DNA of 63,081 nt, filler included, from Nemertoderma westbladi (lineage: Eukaryota; Animalia; Xenacoelomorpha), in the NCBI GenBank assembly GCA_032718475.1. It is 4 parts of 4 records of this genome, joined end to end, with 100 filler letters (N's around TTAATTAATTAA, not from the genome) between each part and the next. Parts side by side here need not be neighbours in the genome. Positions count along the whole stretch, not along the records: positions 57,496 to 63,081 come from JAUCBJ010007067.1; 3 more parts are not named here. One strand, given 5' to 3'. Positions 63,079-63,081 of the stretch are shown in pieces. The translations under genes were made by a program, and so were the position numbers. The notes beneath the pieces are model-generated. The model was not told the origin of the DNA. It saw only the letters and a list, made by a program, of their open reading frames with translations, and ran no database searches. Numbering within the stretch: position 1 is the first letter of the stretch; every line of letters starts with the position of its first letter.

Positions 63079-63081
63079 TAA

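Overview
AT-rich, repeat-rich animal genomic DNA. It consists of four contigs joined by artificial 100-nt N/TTAATTAATTAA spacers (24632-24731, 41307-41406, 57396-57495), so adjacency across spacers is not assured. Host genes are: the 3' half of a spliced PSMB2 (minus strand, missed by the ORF track), an intronless NOP2 nested antisense in its last intron, an intron-poor SEC24C/D, a follistatin/Kazal exon, two exons of a TLDc-domain gene, and an intronless GRB2. Mobile DNA includes an APE-type LINE with a giant Ulp1/SENP-protease-bearing ORF1, two RTE families, L2 and CRE relics, non-autonomous piggyBac-, hAT- and foldback/MULE-like elements in nested stacks, and a tandem pair of minimal hammerhead ribozymes. 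The most striking pattern is that three large minisatellites (52, 31 and 31/36 bp units) in two unrelated genes are each amplifications of the exon-end plus 5' splice donor of the intron they occupy, creating about 30-70 near-identical decoy donors per intron. All calls were made by eye, without database searches.
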